Positions 63,045 through 64,000 of a stretch of 64,000 nucleotides of DNA are shown here, piece after piece. How positions within the stretch are numbered: the stretch's first letter is position 1; each line of letters starts with the position of its first letter. This stretch comes from Hemiscyllium ocellatum. Lineage: Eukaryota. Location: contig NW_026867487.1 of NCBI RefSeq assembly GCF_020745735.1, positions 3,906,001 to 3,970,000 on the forward strand, given 5' to 3'. The position numbers and the translations under genes are program-made. The notes under the pieces are model-generated. The model saw only the letters and a program-made list of their open reading frames with translations. It did not search any database and was not told the DNA's origin.

Positions 63045-63515
63045 ATGATGTTAAAACACGAGAACAACATATTCCCCGTTCAAGTTCTGATATTCTTGAT
63101 ATTGTGTGAGTTTATTTTTTTAAGTAGTCACCTTGTGTTACCAATCTCTCGGAACCTTCTGGCGGCTGAGTGGCGTTTCTTTTCTTTTTTACAGCAGTTC
63201 AGTGTGAGGCTGAGAGTTTACAGGCTGATCAGGTTGTGTGTCGGGAAGACAACCGAGTTGAACTTACTTGCCGACTCTCCATCGTTTCTGGCTGTTCTGT
63301 GTCCTGCTACAGGCAGACACTGACAGAGACTCCGAAATAAATCGGTTCCCTTCACCAGGGGAACCAGGCAATAGGTCGCGGCACATTGTCTTTTAACAGA
63401 GTGATGAAGTTCAACACCATGTCTATAAATGACACCGTGATTGAGAACGCTGGAATGTATTACAGTGCGAAGTAAACGCAGTGAGATGAAGTGCGGATTC
63501 GGCTGTACAATATCT
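63045..63515 (+). pseudogene. V pseudogene, paralogue of the 8.8-9.2 kb V (family A)
   Basis: Leader 63045-63105 (61 nt, GTGAGT donor). The exon from 63195 reads VQCEAESLQADQVVCREDNRVELTC...SCYRQTL...K*...NAGMYYSAK*, with Trp as TGC, TAA at 63338 and Cys as AGT. RSS is CGCAGTG (63477-63483), 23 nt, ACAATATCT (63507-63515). Confidence 0.9.
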
Positions 63516-63769
63516 TCACGATACCGTGTCCCATTTATAGCTGTTCAAGAAGTGAGTTTTACAAGGAGATTGAGATTGGAAACATTACTTTGTGATGCAT
63601 TAACTTACGTCTGACTTCAGCTACAAAATGTTACCACATCCTACGACATACAAAATAGAAGGATACAACTTCAATGAAATGTTCACTGTTGCTTTGTTCT
63701 AAAAATTCAAAATGGACAGCACAAAACCGATTATGCCTTTCACATCCAGAGATAGAGAAATGATGGGAC

Positions 63770-63870
63770 AGGTAAAGACAAAGATAGATAGATAGACAGA
63801 TGGATAGATAAACTGATTGATGGATAGGTTGATAAATATGAATGGAAGGCTCGATACTTAGATAGATAGA
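63770..63870. repeat. Degenerate (GATA)n microsatellite
   Basis: Direct reading. Confidence 0.8.
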
Positions 63871-64000
63871 AATGTTTACGCCACCTGTATTCACTTGTCT
63901 GTTACTGATGTCTGCTTGTCCATATCATTATGTATATTTCGTTTATTTTTCTTTAAGTTTACAGCTATTTCTTTTCACTGGGATATGTATCAGATAACAA

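Noticed and set aside
1054-63894. Most short ORFs in the six-frame track; CRISPR, rRNA or true tRNA genes; unrearranged D, J or C exons
   Set aside because: The short ORFs map to repeats, microsatellites, N gaps or antisense frames. The tRNA-like heads belong to SINEs. No spacer arrays, rRNA, paired 12/23 D signals or C1-set exons were recognised.

Overview
Repeat-rich vertebrate genomic DNA, almost certainly from a cartilaginous fish. This is inferred from HE1-type SINEs, CR1 LINEs and Penelope-like elements, and the species cannot be fixed from the sequence. Three short N gaps are present. The window is a stretch of a T-cell-receptor alpha/delta-type variable (V) segment cluster. I can read about 20 V segments or V relics on both strands; the better-preserved ones show a leader exon, a V exon and a 23-type RSS. 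Only one is clearly intact (15813-16295, minus). One more has an open frame but lacks 7 N-terminal codons relative to its paralogue (8762-9207, minus). The rest are pseudogenes. No D, J or C segment was found. Two tandem two-exon class A GPCR genes of the GPR139/GPR142-like type sit inside the V array: 43035-45104 carries a single premature stop at the NxxxY tyrosine, and 51354-54332 is a multiply disabled pseudogene. There are V relics between them. All three of the best CTCF-like motifs lie 22-48 bp 3' of a V RSS nonamer on the V strand. A head-to-head V pair with a homologous promoter recurs in inverted form at about 9-10 kb and 61.5-63.5 kb. Penelope-derived short elements carrying hammerhead-ribozyme cores are frequent. 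All of this was read by eye, with no database search, so the weaker relic calls and the family names are provisional.
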